In this document: positions 30,569-41,819 of the stretch, piece by piece
How the letters are laid out: every line of letters begins with the position of its first letter
How positions within the stretch are numbered: position 1 is the stretch's first letter
Source: an uncultured Gemmatimonadaceae bacterium
GTDB taxonomy: Bacteria; Gemmatimonadota; Gemmatimonadetes; Gemmatimonadales; Gemmatimonadaceae
Direction of reading: 5' to 3'
Assembly: GCA_963829055.1 (NCBI GenBank)
Contig: CAWHHI010000012.1
Coordinates: 352,001 to 416,000 of the forward strand
DNA length: 64,000 nt
Position numbers and translations under genes: made by a program
The notes under the pieces: generated by a model
What the model was told of the DNA's origin: nothing
Seen by the model: the letters and a program-made list of their open reading frames with translations, nothing else
Databases searched by the model: none

Positions 30569-31971
30569 CCGATCGCCACCAGCGAGAGGCCATTCGCGAC
30601 GCTCCACACGTCCAACGATCGCAACGCACGCTCAGCGAGCATCTCGCGCTTCCGCCGCTTGTCGCGAATGGGTGGCTCGAGGTCATCGAGCAGGCCGAAG
30701 TTCGCGTTCATCGGCTGGAAGTGCCGCGGGTCCGCCTCGTTCAGATACCGGTACAGCGCGCCAAGCATCGTCGTCGGCGGGGGAATCACAGGCTCCTCGC
30801 CGGCAAGCAACCGGGCGAGGTTGATCCCGGCGAGCAGTCCAGTCGCGGAGCTCTCGGTGTAGCCTTCGACGCCGGTGAGCTGGCCGGCGAACAGCGTCAT
30901 CGGGTCGTCGCGCAGCGAAAGGTGTCGCGTTAGGGCGGCTGCCGCGTTCACGTACGAATTGCGATGTACGGATCCCCAGCGCAGGAATTCCGCCTCGCCG
31001 AGGCCGGGGATCATGCGGAACACGCGCTGCTGTTCCCGCGTGCGCAGTCGGGTCTGAAAGCCGACGAGGTTCCACATGCGGCCACCGCGGTCTTCCATGC
31101 GGAGCTGCGCTATCGCGTAGGCATCGCGACCGGTACGCGGGTCGCGCAGTCCGACCGGCTTCATCGGACCGAACCGCAGCGTCTCGCGGCCGCGCCGCGC
31201 CATCTCCTCGACCGGCATGCATCCCTCGAAGTACGGGATGGGGTCGAACGCCTGGCCCTCGTACTGATCGGCCGAGATGAGTGCGTCGAGGAACGCCTCG
31301 TACTGCTCGCGCGTGAACGGGCAGTTCACGTACGCACCCTCGCCCGCGAGGTCGGGCCCGCCGTCGGACGCGGTGTCGGCGCCGGTCATCGTTTCCTTCC
31401 CATAACGCGACGCGCGAAACACGATCGCTGGGTCGATGGACTCGCCGGCGACGATCGGCGCGATGGCATCGTAGAAGGCCAGCGACTCGACGCCGAGCCG
31501 CGCCTGGATGGTGGCCGACAGCGCGTCGGACGTGAGTGGACCAGTGGCCACGATGCCCGGCGACGGCAGGTCGACGACTTCGTCGTGAACGACGTCGATG
31601 CGCGGATGTGCTCGCACCCAACGGTCGATTGTCCCGGCGAACACATCGCGGTCTACCGCGAGCGCTGACCCGCCCGGGACGCGCGCCTCATCCGCCGCTC
31701 GGAGAATGATCGACCCGAGTGCACGCATCTCGGCCTTGAGCAAGCCGTGCGCGTTGGATGTCTCCGTGCTCTTGAACGTGTTGGAGCACACCAGCTCCGC
31801 CAGAAGCGGAGAGCGGTGAGCTGGCGTCACACGAAGGGGACGCATCTCGTGCAGCACGACCGCGTGCCCACGCTCAGCGAGTTGCCACGCGGCCTCGCTG
31901 CCTGCGAGACCGCCACCCGCGATATGAATCGTTTGCTTCTCGCCCCGTTCTCCGCTCAGCAGACTCGCCAT
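30565..31971 (-). CDS. trmFO: tRNA (uracil-54) methyltransferase TrmFO
   Basis: GGGLAGSEAA, AELVCSNT, FYDAIAP, FGPMKPVGL, GVEGYTES, FQPMNANFG. Confidence 0.97.
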   Translation of the reverse strand: MASLLSGERGEKQTIHIAGGGLAGSEAAWQLAERGHAVVLHEMRPLRVTPAHRSPLLAELVCSNTFKSTETSNAHGLLKAEMRALGSIILRAADEARVPGGSALAVDRDVFAGTIDRWVRAHPRIDVVHDEVVDLPSPGIVATGPLTSDALSATIQARLGVESLAFYDAIAPIVAGESIDPAIVFRASRYGKETMTGADTASDGGPDLAGEGAYVNCPFTREQYEAFLDALISADQYEGQAFDPIPYFEGCMPVEEMARRGRETLRFGPMKPVGLRDPRTGRDAYAIAQLRMEDRGGRMWNLVGFQTRLRTREQQRVFRMIPGLGEAEFLRWGSVHRNSYVNAAAALTRHLSLRDDPMTLFAGQLTGVEGYTESSATGLLAGINLARLLAGEEPVIPPPTTMLGALYRYLNEADPRHFQPMNANFGLLDDLEPPIRDKRRKREMLAERALRSLDVWSVANGLSLVAIG

Positions 31972-32031
31972 GCGGGAATGATAGCACGTCGTCGCGGAGT
32001 GGGCACCGCGACGGCGGCGCCGTCTGACGCG

Positions 32032-33066
32032 CTACGCCGCGCGCTGCGACGCGAGGCCGCGGCGAGCGCGCGCGCCGGGCGAAGTCGCGGGGACACCACT
32101 GCGTGACGGCGCAGTCGTGCGCGCACCAGTGACGATGAGCACCACCGCGATCACGATCACGCCCATGGCCACGCCGGTGCGCATCGTAAACGCCTCACCG
32201 AGAATCGCCCAGCCGAGCAATACTGCCACAACCGGATTCACGTACGCATGCGTCGCGACGCGCGACGGCACGGAGACGCGCATGAGCCACAGGTACGCGC
32301 TGAACCCAACGAGCGCACCGGCAACCACGAGATACGCGATGGCCACGACCGAGCTCGGCGTAATGGCCGCCAGCGACACGCGATGATGTTCCCCGAGCAC
32401 GAAGCCAATTCCGAGGGATAGCACGGCTCCCGCGATCATCTGCATTCCGGTCGCCCGAGCTGGCGCCGCCGGGAGCGCCGCGCGACGCGAGTACAGCGCA
32501 CCGCCAGACCACGTGAGCGCCGCGAGCGCCAGCGCGCCGACGCCTAACAAGTCGACACCCGAACCAGGCGCGGCGAGTGACGGTCCAATCAGAATGGCCA
32601 GGCCGCCGATGCCAACCGCGACGCCAGCAATGACGCGGGGCGCTGGCGCCTGCCGGGCACTCAGGGCTTCGAGCAACACCATCCAGAGCGGTGTCGTCGC
32701 CAGCACGAGCGACGTGATGCCGGAGGGAACGGAGAGCTCCGCCCAACTGACGAGCGCAGTCCCGCCGACGATCAGCATGGCTCCGACCAGGAACGCATCG
32801 CGCCACGCGCGAACGCGGCTACTCACACGAAGCGCCGGATCCTCACTCGGCGTCCCTTTCGCTCTCCAGCCGGACCAGGCGTACAGCAGCACGCCGGCAA
32901 TCAGGAAGCGCGTCCCCGTCATGAGGAACGGCGGCACCGTTTCGATCGCGTACTTGATCGCGAGGTACGTCGAGCCCCAGATGAGATAGATCGCCGCAAA
33001 CGCGGCGCCGAGCATCAGGCGCGACGGTGCGGCGGCGGGTTCGGTCGGCCGATCAACGGTTGTCAT
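32032..33066 (-). CDS. EamA/DMT transporter (YedA-like)
   Basis: IYLIWGSTYLAIK, THAYVNPVVAVLLG; about 10 TM segments. Confidence 0.92.
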   Translation of the reverse strand: MTTVDRPTEPAAAPSRLMLGAAFAAIYLIWGSTYLAIKYAIETVPPFLMTGTRFLIAGVLLYAWSGWRAKGTPSEDPALRVSSRVRAWRDAFLVGAMLIVGGTALVSWAELSVPSGITSLVLATTPLWMVLLEALSARQAPAPRVIAGVAVGIGGLAILIGPSLAAPGSGVDLLGVGALALAALTWSGGALYSRRAALPAAPARATGMQMIAGAVLSLGIGFVLGEHHRVSLAAITPSSVVAIAYLVVAGALVGFSAYLWLMRVSVPSRVATHAYVNPVVAVLLGWAILGEAFTMRTGVAMGVIVIAVVLIVTGARTTAPSRSGVPATSPGARARRGLASQRAA

Positions 33067-33550
33067 CTCCAGCCTCACGAGACCGCCCGACATCGGCGCC
33101 AGCAATGGGAATCGTCGATGTCTCTTTGGCGGTCCGCAGGACGATGGTGGTCTTCGTCGATCCGATCCCATCGAGCGCGCCAATGCGTTCGGAGAGCAAC
33201 TGGTTGAGGGCCGTCGTGTCGCGCACACGCACCTTCAACATGAAGCAGTCTTCACCGGCGATGTGGTGAACTTCCTGGACCTCCGGCATGGCGACGAGCG
33301 CAGCTTCGGTGAGCGGCGCACCTCGCCGTTCCTCCGAGCGAACCAGCACGAACGCCAGCAGGCCGAGGTCAACGGCGGCGGGGTCGATGTTCGCGTTGTA
33401 GCCCCTGACCGCCCCCCGCTCTTCGAGCTTGCGGATACGCTCGAACACGGCGGACGGGGCGAGTCCGACGCGACGCCCGAGCTCCGCGTTCGAGATCCGG
33501 GCGTCCGCCTGAAGCGTCTCGAGAATGGCGAGTGAGGTTTGGTCGATCAT
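33053..33550 (-). CDS. Lrp/AsnC regulator
   Basis: ILETLQADARISNAELGRRVGL..ERIRKLEE; EVHHIAGEDCF. Confidence 0.93.
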   Translation of the reverse strand: MIDQTSLAILETLQADARISNAELGRRVGLAPSAVFERIRKLEERGAVRGYNANIDPAAVDLGLLAFVLVRSEERRGAPLTEAALVAMPEVQEVHHIAGEDCFMLKVRVRDTTALNQLLSERIGALDGIGSTKTTIVLRTAKETSTIPIAGADVGRSREAGDDNR

Positions 33551-33586
33551 ACGGCCAAACCTAGTGATTTACAGTCGAATCGTCAA

Positions 33587-34474
33587 CTACAGTGCCGTTT
33601 CACAGGCGATTCGTCTGTCTACGACGGTCGGACGCAACTCCAGCGCTACGCAGAGCGCATCGGCCATCTGGCCCGCCGTCATGTAGCGCTCGGCAGGATC
33701 CGCCACGAGCGATCGCCGGAGCACGGTCGCAAGCTCGTCCGGCACGTCGCGTCTGAGCGTCCGAATATCCGGCGGGGGCTCATCGATTCGCCGCTGCATC
33801 GACTCCCGCGGCGAGGAGGCCGCGAACGGCAACTGGCCCGTGAGCATCTCCAGCAGCACGCATCCCAGCGAATAGAGATCCGACCGGGAGTCGGCCACCC
33901 GCCGGCCGGCGACCTGTTCGGGGCTGATGTAGTTCGCCGTGCCGACAATGTATTTCTTCGGGTCGCGGGAGTCGGCGGCGGACGTCAGCGCCGGTGCGCG
34001 CGCATGCCCGAAATCGAGCAGGACAGCCGCGTTAGGCGTGAGCAGGATGTTGTCCGGCTTCACGTCGCGGTGCACGACGCCGTGCGAGTGCACGTGACCG
34101 AGTGCCAGTGCGATGTCGCGGGCGATACGCGCGGCATCGCTCGTGGAAAACGCGCCGTCGCGCGCGAGACGCTGGCGTATCGTCTCGCCTTCGAGGAACG
34201 GCATGGCGAAGAACAGCGTGCCCTGCGCCTCACCCGCATCGCGGATGGGCACGATGTTGGGGTGCGACATCTTCTGCAGGATCTGCATCTCGAGCAGGAA
34301 GAACTTCGACCGTTCCACCGCCGCCGCGCCGGTCTTCATGACTTTCACGACCACGCGCTCACCGTCGCGCTCACGCGTCGCGAGGTATACACGCGACGTC
34401 GCGCCAGTCCCGAGCTCGCCCGCGATGGACCAGCCGGTGCCCAGCCGCGATTCAATGGCGGCGATAAGATTCAT
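33587..34474 (-). CDS. Stand-alone Hanks-type Ser/Thr kinase
   Basis: GTGATSRVY, VVVK, HRDVKPDN, DFG, GTANYISPEQ, DLYSLG. Confidence 0.92.
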   Translation of the reverse strand: MNLIAAIESRLGTGWSIAGELGTGATSRVYLATRERDGERVVVKVMKTGAAAVERSKFFLLEMQILQKMSHPNIVPIRDAGEAQGTLFFAMPFLEGETIRQRLARDGAFSTSDAARIARDIALALGHVHSHGVVHRDVKPDNILLTPNAAVLLDFGHARAPALTSAADSRDPKKYIVGTANYISPEQVAGRRVADSRSDLYSLGCVLLEMLTGQLPFAASSPRESMQRRIDEPPPDIRTLRRDVPDELATVLRRSLVADPAERYMTAGQMADALCVALELRPTVVDRRIACETAL

Positions 34475-34528
34475 TGTCGTGTGAAGGGTCCCGTCGTCAC
34501 TCGGTCACCAGATAGACGACCGAACGGG

Positions 34529-37096
34529 TCAGACGGCTACGGCTTCCTCGGGCTCCGGGCTAACGACGTCCCATTCATTGCCACACTTGACGCACTTTCG
34601 GAACTCGCCCCGAGTCTTGTTCGACTTCATCTCGGCGCCGAGGTATCCGCATTCCGGGCACTTCTCGGGTACCGGCTTGTCCCAACACACGAAGTCGCAG
34701 TTCGGATAGTTGGAGCAGCCGTAGAACGCCTTGCCACGTTTCTTGGAGCGACGCTCGGCGATCTCGCCGCCGTCTTTCGGACAGATCACGCCCGTGGGCA
34801 TCGACCGTGTCCCACGACACTTCGGAAAGCGACTGCAACCGAGGAAAAAGCCGGACCGGCCGTCACGTTTGAGCATTGGCGCGCCGCACTCGTGACATAT
34901 GTACGACGTTGGCTCGGCTGGCTTGCGGTCACCCTTGAGGGGTCGGGTGAACTTACACGTCTTGGGGTGGTTCTCACAGGCGACGAACGGTCCGAAGAAC
35001 CCGCCTTTGGCCATGAGTCGGCCGCCGCAGTCCGGGCATTTCTCCGTCGCCAGCGCCGACAGGTCATGCGCCTCGGCGATGAGGCTCTCGACCTGCACAG
35101 AATTGAGGGACTTCTCGAACGGGCCATAGAACTCGCTGAGGACGCGCCGCCACGGCATGGCGCCTTCCTCGATCTTGTCGAGCTCGCCTTCCATCCCCGA
35201 GGTGAAGCCGACGTTGAAGATGTCGGGGAATTGCTTCACCATCACGCGTTCGACACTCTCGCCTAACGACGTCGGGAAGAACCGCCGCTGTTCGAGCTGC
35301 GTGTAGTGGCGATCTACCAGAGTGGAAATAATCTGGGCATAGGTAGAAGGGCGGCCGATCCCGAGTCGCTCGAGCTCTTTCACGAGGCTCGCTTCCGAGA
35401 AGCGTGGGGGCGGCTCGGTGAAGTGCTGTGAGGGCGTGATCTCACGCACCGGGACACAGCTGTCCCTTTTCCAGCACGGGCAGCGCCTGCTCGTCTTCCA
35501 GGGCGCGGTGGTCGCCTTCCTCGTGCGTCTCGCGATAGAGCGCGAGGAAGCCGGGGAACTTGATCACGCTTCCCGTCGAGCGGAATAGATACGTGTGGGA
35601 CGTCTGGATGCCGACGTCCGCCTGGGCGAGGTCGTAGTCGACCGTGGTCGTGTCGAACACCGCCGGCGCCATCTGCGACGCCATGAAGCGCTGCCAGATG
35701 AGCTGGTAGAGCTTGAACTGGTCGTCCTTGAGATAGCGCCTAACGAGATCCGGCCGGCGTGACGGGTCGGTCGGTCGAATCCCTTCGTGCGCGTCCTGCG
35801 CGTTCTGCGCGTTGTTCTTGCCGCCGCCATAGAGCATTGGCGACGCGGCGAGATAATCCGCGCCGAACAGGGTGCGCAGGTGGTCACGCGCCTGGAGCGC
35901 GGCACTCTCGGCCACACGCGTCGAGTCCGTGCGCATGTACGTGATGAGCCCGACCGCGCCCTCGGCGGGGCCGATGTCGATGCCCTCGTAGAGGTCCTGC
36001 GCGAGACGCATCGTGCGCTTCGACCCGAAGCTGAGCTTCTTCGCGGCTTCCTGCTGCAGCGTGCTGGTCGTGAATGGCGGCGACGAGTTCTTGCGACGCT
36101 CGCGGCGCTTTACCTCGGTGACCGGGAATGCCCCGATCACTTCCCCGTTCGGCGAACGCTGATCACGTCGAGCGACAGCCGCGGCTACGCGCTCGACTTC
36201 ACCGACCATGGCCTGCGCGTCGGGCCCGTTACCAATCTCCGGCTTCTTGCCGTCGACGTGATGGAGCTTCGCCGTGAAGCGCTGCGCGTTCGCCTCGAGC
36301 TGTGCCTCGATGGTCCAATACTCGACCGCCTTGAACGCGCGAATCTCTCGCTCGCGCTCGACGATCAGCCTGAGCGCGACCGTTTGCACGCGGCCCGCGG
36401 AGATGCCCTTCTTGACCGTCTTCCAGAGGATTGGGCTCGCCTTGTAGCCGACGAGTCGATCGAGCACGCGTCGCGCCTGCTGGGCTTCGACCTTCTTGTC
36501 GTCGATCTGGCCGGCATTCGCGATAGCGCGCTGCACGGCGTCCTTCGTGATCTCATGGAACATCACGCGCCGCACGGGGGCCCCGCCGCGCCGCTTGATC
36601 TGTTCCGACACGTGCCAGGCGATCGCTTCGCCTTCCCGGTCAGGGTCGGTCGCGAGGAAGACTTCCTTGGAATCGTGCGCGGCAGACTTGAGATCCGCGA
36701 GCGTTTTCTCCTTTCCCGAGATGGTGACGTACTCGGGCTCGAAGCCGTTCGCGATGTCGATACCGAGCTTCTTCTCAGGCAAGTCCCGCAGATGCCCGAC
36801 GGTCGCCTTCACGCGGTAGCCACGACCAAGGTACTTGCCGATGGTCTTGGCTTTCGCGGGCGATTCGACGATCACGAGCGACGTCGAACCGGCGGGTGCC
36901 GGTGTCGCATCGTCCTCGCCCGGAACGGTCGCGGCGACCTTGCGGCCGCGCGCTTTCGTCGCGGCCTTCTTCTTCGCCGCTGGACGGCGACGAGGCGTCT
37001 TGGCCGCCGGGCGCGCGGCGCTCCCGCGCCCCGCTACCCGACGGGTGCGACTGGTTCTTCGGTCGATTCGGACGACGGTTCCTTCTTTCGGGCCAT
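34529..37096 (-). CDS. topA: DNA topoisomerase I with Zn ribbons (frameshifts near 35450 and in the 5' extension)
   Basis: IVESPAK, ATDPDREGE, SAGRVQ, ITYMRTD, GIGRPSTY, C-terminal CxxC repeats. Confidence 0.95.
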
Positions 37097-37100
37097 TCTG

Positions 37101-37529
37101 TCAGTGAACGGTAGCGTGATCGGACGACGGGCCGGACGGGTCGTACCCTGAACCCTCCATAAGCGCCCGCAGGTCGTCGAGCGCAATACGACCATCGATC
37201 TGCATGAGCGCCCGCTCGATCACGTGCTCGAGCTCGGCGGTGGTCAGCGCCCCGGAACCGGTGAGCGTCAGCAAGTGGCCCCAGGCATCAGGGGCGAACC
37301 GACCACGCTCGTGCGGGCCCATCACGCGAAAGGTCATGTGGTTGTGAACGACCGACTGAGCGCCGGTCGCGCGAATAGGAATCTCTGAGAACAGCAGCGA
37401 CAGAATCTCACCAATCTGGCGCCTATCGTACCCTTCGTACGACAAAAACGCTTCGACCTCCTCGACGTTCGCGTCTGCGGCGAACCGCTCGCGCAACACC
37501 GACAGGAGGTCTGCCAACCGATCATCCAT
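37101..37529 (-). CDS. smg: DUF494/Smg family protein
   Basis: FRVMGPHERGR..ELEHVIERALM pattern; sits upstream of topA. Confidence 0.7.
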   Translation of the reverse strand: MDDRLADLLSVLRERFAADANVEEVEAFLSYEGYDRRQIGEILSLLFSEIPIRATGAQSVVHNHMTFRVMGPHERGRFAPDAWGHLLTLTGSGALTTAELEHVIERALMQIDGRIALDDLRALMEGSGYDPSGPSSDHATVH

Positions 37530-37537
37530 GGCCAAAC

Positions 37538-38107
37538 CTATCCGGCCTTTATAGTAGAGGCAAGCTCGACGAGTTTATCTACAACTCTTTTCACGTCAAG
37601 CAGTTCCGCGCTTACGACGTGATCCGCCTGGGCATAGAGCTTTTCGCGGTCCACGAGAAAACGCTTGAGCTCAGCGAGCGGATCAGGCCTGGAAAGTAGC
37701 GGCCGGGCCGAGCGCTGGGAGCCCAAACGGGCGAGCGCGGTTTCCGGCTTGACCTTGAGATAGAGCAGGATCGCCGGCGGTCGAATGATCTCGACCACGC
37801 CCTTGTTGGTGACCCAACCACCACCCGGCGCGACGACCATGTTCCCGCACTGCCGGAGCTCCAGCGTCAGCTCCTGCTCGAGCTGGCGGAAGTACGGTTC
37901 GCCGCGGACCGCGAAGATCTCGGAGATCGTAGACCCTTCGCGGCGCTCGATCTCGCGATCGAAATCGAGAAACGACCGGTTCAGCCGCTCGGCCAGTGCT
38001 TCGCCGACGACGCTCTTTCCCGCGCCGGGCAGCCCGACGAGGATGAGGTGTGGCTTCCCGACTTCAACGTCGGAGACGTTCTGCGACGTGCGAAAGATAG
38101 CTGTCAT
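37538..38107 (-). CDS. aroK: Shikimate kinase
   Basis: [28 protein letters not shown]. Confidence 0.95.
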   Translation of the reverse strand: MTAIFRTSQNVSDVEVGKPHLILVGLPGAGKSVVGEALAERLNRSFLDFDREIERREGSTISEIFAVRGEPYFRQLEQELTLELRQCGNMVVAPGGGWVTNKGVVEIIRPPAILLYLKVKPETALARLGSQRSARPLLSRPDPLAELKRFLVDREKLYAQADHVVSAELLDVKRVVDKLVELASTIKAG

Positions 38108-39255
38108 AGTTGCGCCTCGTTTCCGCGAGCGAATCGCCGCCGAACTTTTCGAGAGCCGCCTGCGCCAATACGAACGCCGTCATCGCTTCCGCAATGACGC
38201 CCATGGCTGGGACGGCGGTCACGTCGCTGCGCTCCGCCGTTGCCGACGCGCTCTCCCCTGTCGCTACGTCCACGGTCGCCAACGGGCGCATGAGCGTGCT
38301 GATAGGCTTCATGGCCACCCGCAACACCAGTGGCTCCCCCGTTGTCATGCCGCCTTCGAGCCCTCCGGCTCGATTCGTCCTGCGACGAACATTGCCTGCC
38401 AGCGTTCGGCCCGGCGCCGGCTCCATCTCGTCGTGCACGTCGGCTCCAGTGCGTCGTGCTGCCTCGAACCCAATGCCGACTTCTACTCCCTTGACGGCCG
38501 GAATGGACATGAGCGCGGCAGCGAGCCGGCCGTCCAGCTTTCGATCCCACGACACGTGAGACCCGAGCCCCACCGGTAACCCGCGACACACGACTTCACA
38601 GATGCCACCGAGCGTGTTGCCTTCCCGCTTGATCGCATCGATATGCGTAATCATCACCGCCTCAGCGGCACGGTCAAGCGTCCTGAGCGGCGACGCATCG
38701 GCCGCGCCGTTGATGTCATCCGGCAGCGGATCCGGCACGCTCGCGTCGATGCCGCCCAGGTGCACGAGGTGACTTCCGATCTGCACGTCGAGCTCGGACA
38801 AGCAGCCGCTTGCAGATCGCCCCCGCCGCGACGCGCGCGGTCGTCTCGCGTGCGGACGCACGCTCGAGGATGTCGCGTGCATCATCGCGGTCGTACTTGA
38901 GTAGACCCGTGAGGTCCGCGTGTCCCGGACGCACGCGCGTCACGGCGCGGCGGCGCGGATCAGGATCTCCATCGCGCGGCGCCGCATCCATCACGTCCTG
39001 CCAATTCTTCCAATCGCGATTCGCTATGGACATCGCGATCGGCGAACCGATCGTCTGGCCCGCCCTAACGCCTGAAAGAAACTGCACCACATCGGATTCG
39101 ATCTGCATCCGCCGGCCGCGCCCGTACCCCTGTTGGCGTCTCGAGAGCTCGACGTCGACATGCTCGGCCAGAAGCGGAAGCCCGGCCGGCATTCCTTCGA
39201 GTACGCTGACGAGCGCCGGCCCGTGTGATTCTCCAGCGGTGGTGAAGCGCAACAT
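38064..39255 (-). CDS. aroC: Chorismate synthase (frameshift near 38800)
   Basis: [38 protein letters not shown]. Confidence 0.95.
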
Positions 39256-39277
39256 GACGATGGTATCACCTTAAATG

Positions 39278-39305
39278 CGCGAGCCCGACCAAGGCCGGGC
39301 TCGCG
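39278..39305. terminator. Hairpin after the pilus operon
   Basis: cgcgagcccg/cgggctcgcg inverted repeat; no clear U-tract. Confidence 0.45.
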
Positions 39306-39336
39306 AGTCAATGCGGATCAGCGGAGCTGTGCGTCG

Positions 39337-41785
39337 CTATTTGATATCGCTCGCGTGCACATCAATCATAACCAATCCTTCCGGCGTCAACCCGAACAGC
39401 TTCACGACCAGTGAGGCATCGGCTGCTTTCTCGGCCGTCGTCGGGTATACCGCGCGGAGCGGTCCATAGAGATTGCTGCGAATCGGAATGCGACCACGCA
39501 GTCGGTAGCTGTAGCTGTCGACGATCTGGATCGAGAAGTCACCCGAGGCGACGAACGCGACGCGCGCGGAGAGATCGGCGGTCTGCTCGTCCACGTTTCC
39601 GGGGTGGAACGCCACGCCAGCACCCGCGGCGAACGTAGCGTACTTGCCCTGCAGGCGCAGCGCCGAATCGGAGAAGAACGTCTCGACGCCGTGCACCACG
39701 ATGTTCGTACTGTTGTTGTTGATCGCGAGACCGAACACCCGGTCCGACGCGTTGTTGGTCAAATCCTTCACTTCGATCGGCGGCGAGTACTGCTCGCTGT
39801 ACGCGGGAGTTCCGCTCGGGTCGAACACGACGACGACCCGACCCGCGCCGCCACCGGTGTTCGCTTCGCCGAACGCGACACGCCGACGATCGCCGCCAAC
39901 AGCGACGAAGTTGGTATCGGGCAGCGCGAGCGAGCCGACGCTCAGGTCCTTCACGTCATCGGCGTTCGCGCCGAGCGCGCGCAGCGCCGCAATGGCCCCG
40001 GGGATCGTCGCGTCCTGGACGCACTGGCTGGTGCTCGGATCCGCACCTACCGCGTGATCGCAGACGATGATCGAATCCGGCACGCCATTCTGGCCGGCGA
40101 GCACGTCGACGTCGTCGGCGTTGAGGATGACCCAGCGACCGCGAGCGATCGTACCATACTGCCAGATCTGACGCGGCTCAGCGCGCGGATCGAGGAAGTT
40201 GTCGATGCGGCGGAGCGTGCCCGGAGAAGCTTCCTGCGTGGGACGCGTCGAGTAGTAGAGCGCACCGCTTGCCGACTGCGCGATGATACTGCGGGCGGTC
40301 GGAGTAGTCGATCGGCGCGGACACGCTGTACTTGTAGCCGCCGCTCGTCTGGTCCTTCGACCAGCTGACGTCGAAGATATACGCGTTCGCGGTCTTGATG
40401 CGGCCAGACTCGCTGCGGCTCGCTAGGTCCACGCGGCTGATGTTCGTGCCGCCGGAGTTCGCGACGAGCAGCATGGAACCGCTGTTGTCGATCGCCATGC
40501 CCCATGGCTGCGCGCCGACGGACACCGCGGCCAGCTTGGACACCGTGGCGCCGTAGTCGAACGCCTCGAGCTCGTTCTTGTTGATGTTCGAGACGTAGAC
40601 GCGAGACCGCACGGTGTCGACGGCGATGTCCGCACCGAGGCTGCCGACGGGCAGGCTCGTGGTATGGCCGAACGCGAAGACCGTAGGATCGCGTTTCGCG
40701 ATGGCGTCGCTCGAGGTCGGAATGTTCGCTCCGCTCGCGACGGCAAAGCCCTTGTGGTTCGCCTGATCGACGGCGTACCCGATCACGAACAGCCCGCGTC
40801 CGCGCAGGGTTGCCGGGACGTTCCATTCGATGCGTCGCACGACCTGCTGCGCCGGCGTGGCGATCGGAATCTCGAACGAGCCGACCTGCAAGCCGGTCGA
40901 GTCCTTCACGATGTACCCCAGCGCCTTGATCAGCCCGTCCGGGTCGCGGCCGGTGAGATCCAGTGAGTCGCCGGCCTCCATGCGGGGCGGGACGGTCTGA
41001 TAGACGAGCGGGGTCTGCGTGTCGGCGCCGGGCGCCCCGACGCGGACGGTCATGGCGTCACCCGTGCCTTGCAGCCCGTTCCGGTTTTCGGCAAACGGTG
41101 TGACGGTGAACGTCGCGCCAACAGCGACGGACGACGGCACGGTGAACGAGAAGGTGACCGTGTCGTTCTTTGGGTAGGGCACCGAGAAGAGCGAACTATC
41201 CGAACGCGTCAGCGCGGACGGCCCACTCGACCGGTACCCGAGTTTGGTGATGCCGAGCGTGTCGATACCCTGCACGCTGAGCGTGTAGGTGCCGCCAGCA
41301 ATGACGGCCGCGTCGGGATTCAGGAGGAGGACGCCTGGAATCGTCGGATCGAACGCGACAGCGGTGACCTCGGCGGTTCCCTTGTTGCCGCCGGCATCGA
41401 TGACGGTCGCGCGAATGATCATCGCTCGCCCCGAGGGAACGCCCGAGAGCTGCAACTTGGAACTGCGCGAGACTGTATTCAAGCCGGCGGTCGTCGCGAC
41501 GCTATCGGCCTTGAGGACCGTGCCGTCAACGACGACACTCGTCACGATCGCCTGGATCGCGGCGTTGTCGGTCGCGTTCACCGTCACGCTGAGCGGCAAG
41601 CGAATGTTCACCGAGTCGACTTTCGGTGGCGCGTTCTTCACGCCTTCCACCGAGAGAGTCACCGTCGGGACGATGAGATCGCCCGACGATGAGGTGAGAT
41701 TGGTACTGTCGCAGCCCGCGAGCGCGGCGGCCAGCACGCCAGCAGACAGCGCACCGGGTGCCGCGCGACGAACGAAGTGATTCAT
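39337..41785 (-). CDS. Large lipoprotein, Ig-like beta-rich region plus beta-propeller (frameshift near 40290)
   Basis: Lipobox LAGC; VGAQPWGMAID..LLVANSGGTNIS blades; directly downstream of pilQ. Confidence 0.75.
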
Positions 41786-41819
41786 CAGAGGAGATATCGA
41801 GGGAAGATTCCGGATTCGA

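Noticed and set aside
34529..39255. Frameshifts in topA and aroC as pseudogenes or programmed frameshifting
   Set aside because: Similar indels are scattered over many unrelated genes with intact motifs and no consistent slippery site; sequencing error is the simpler explanation.
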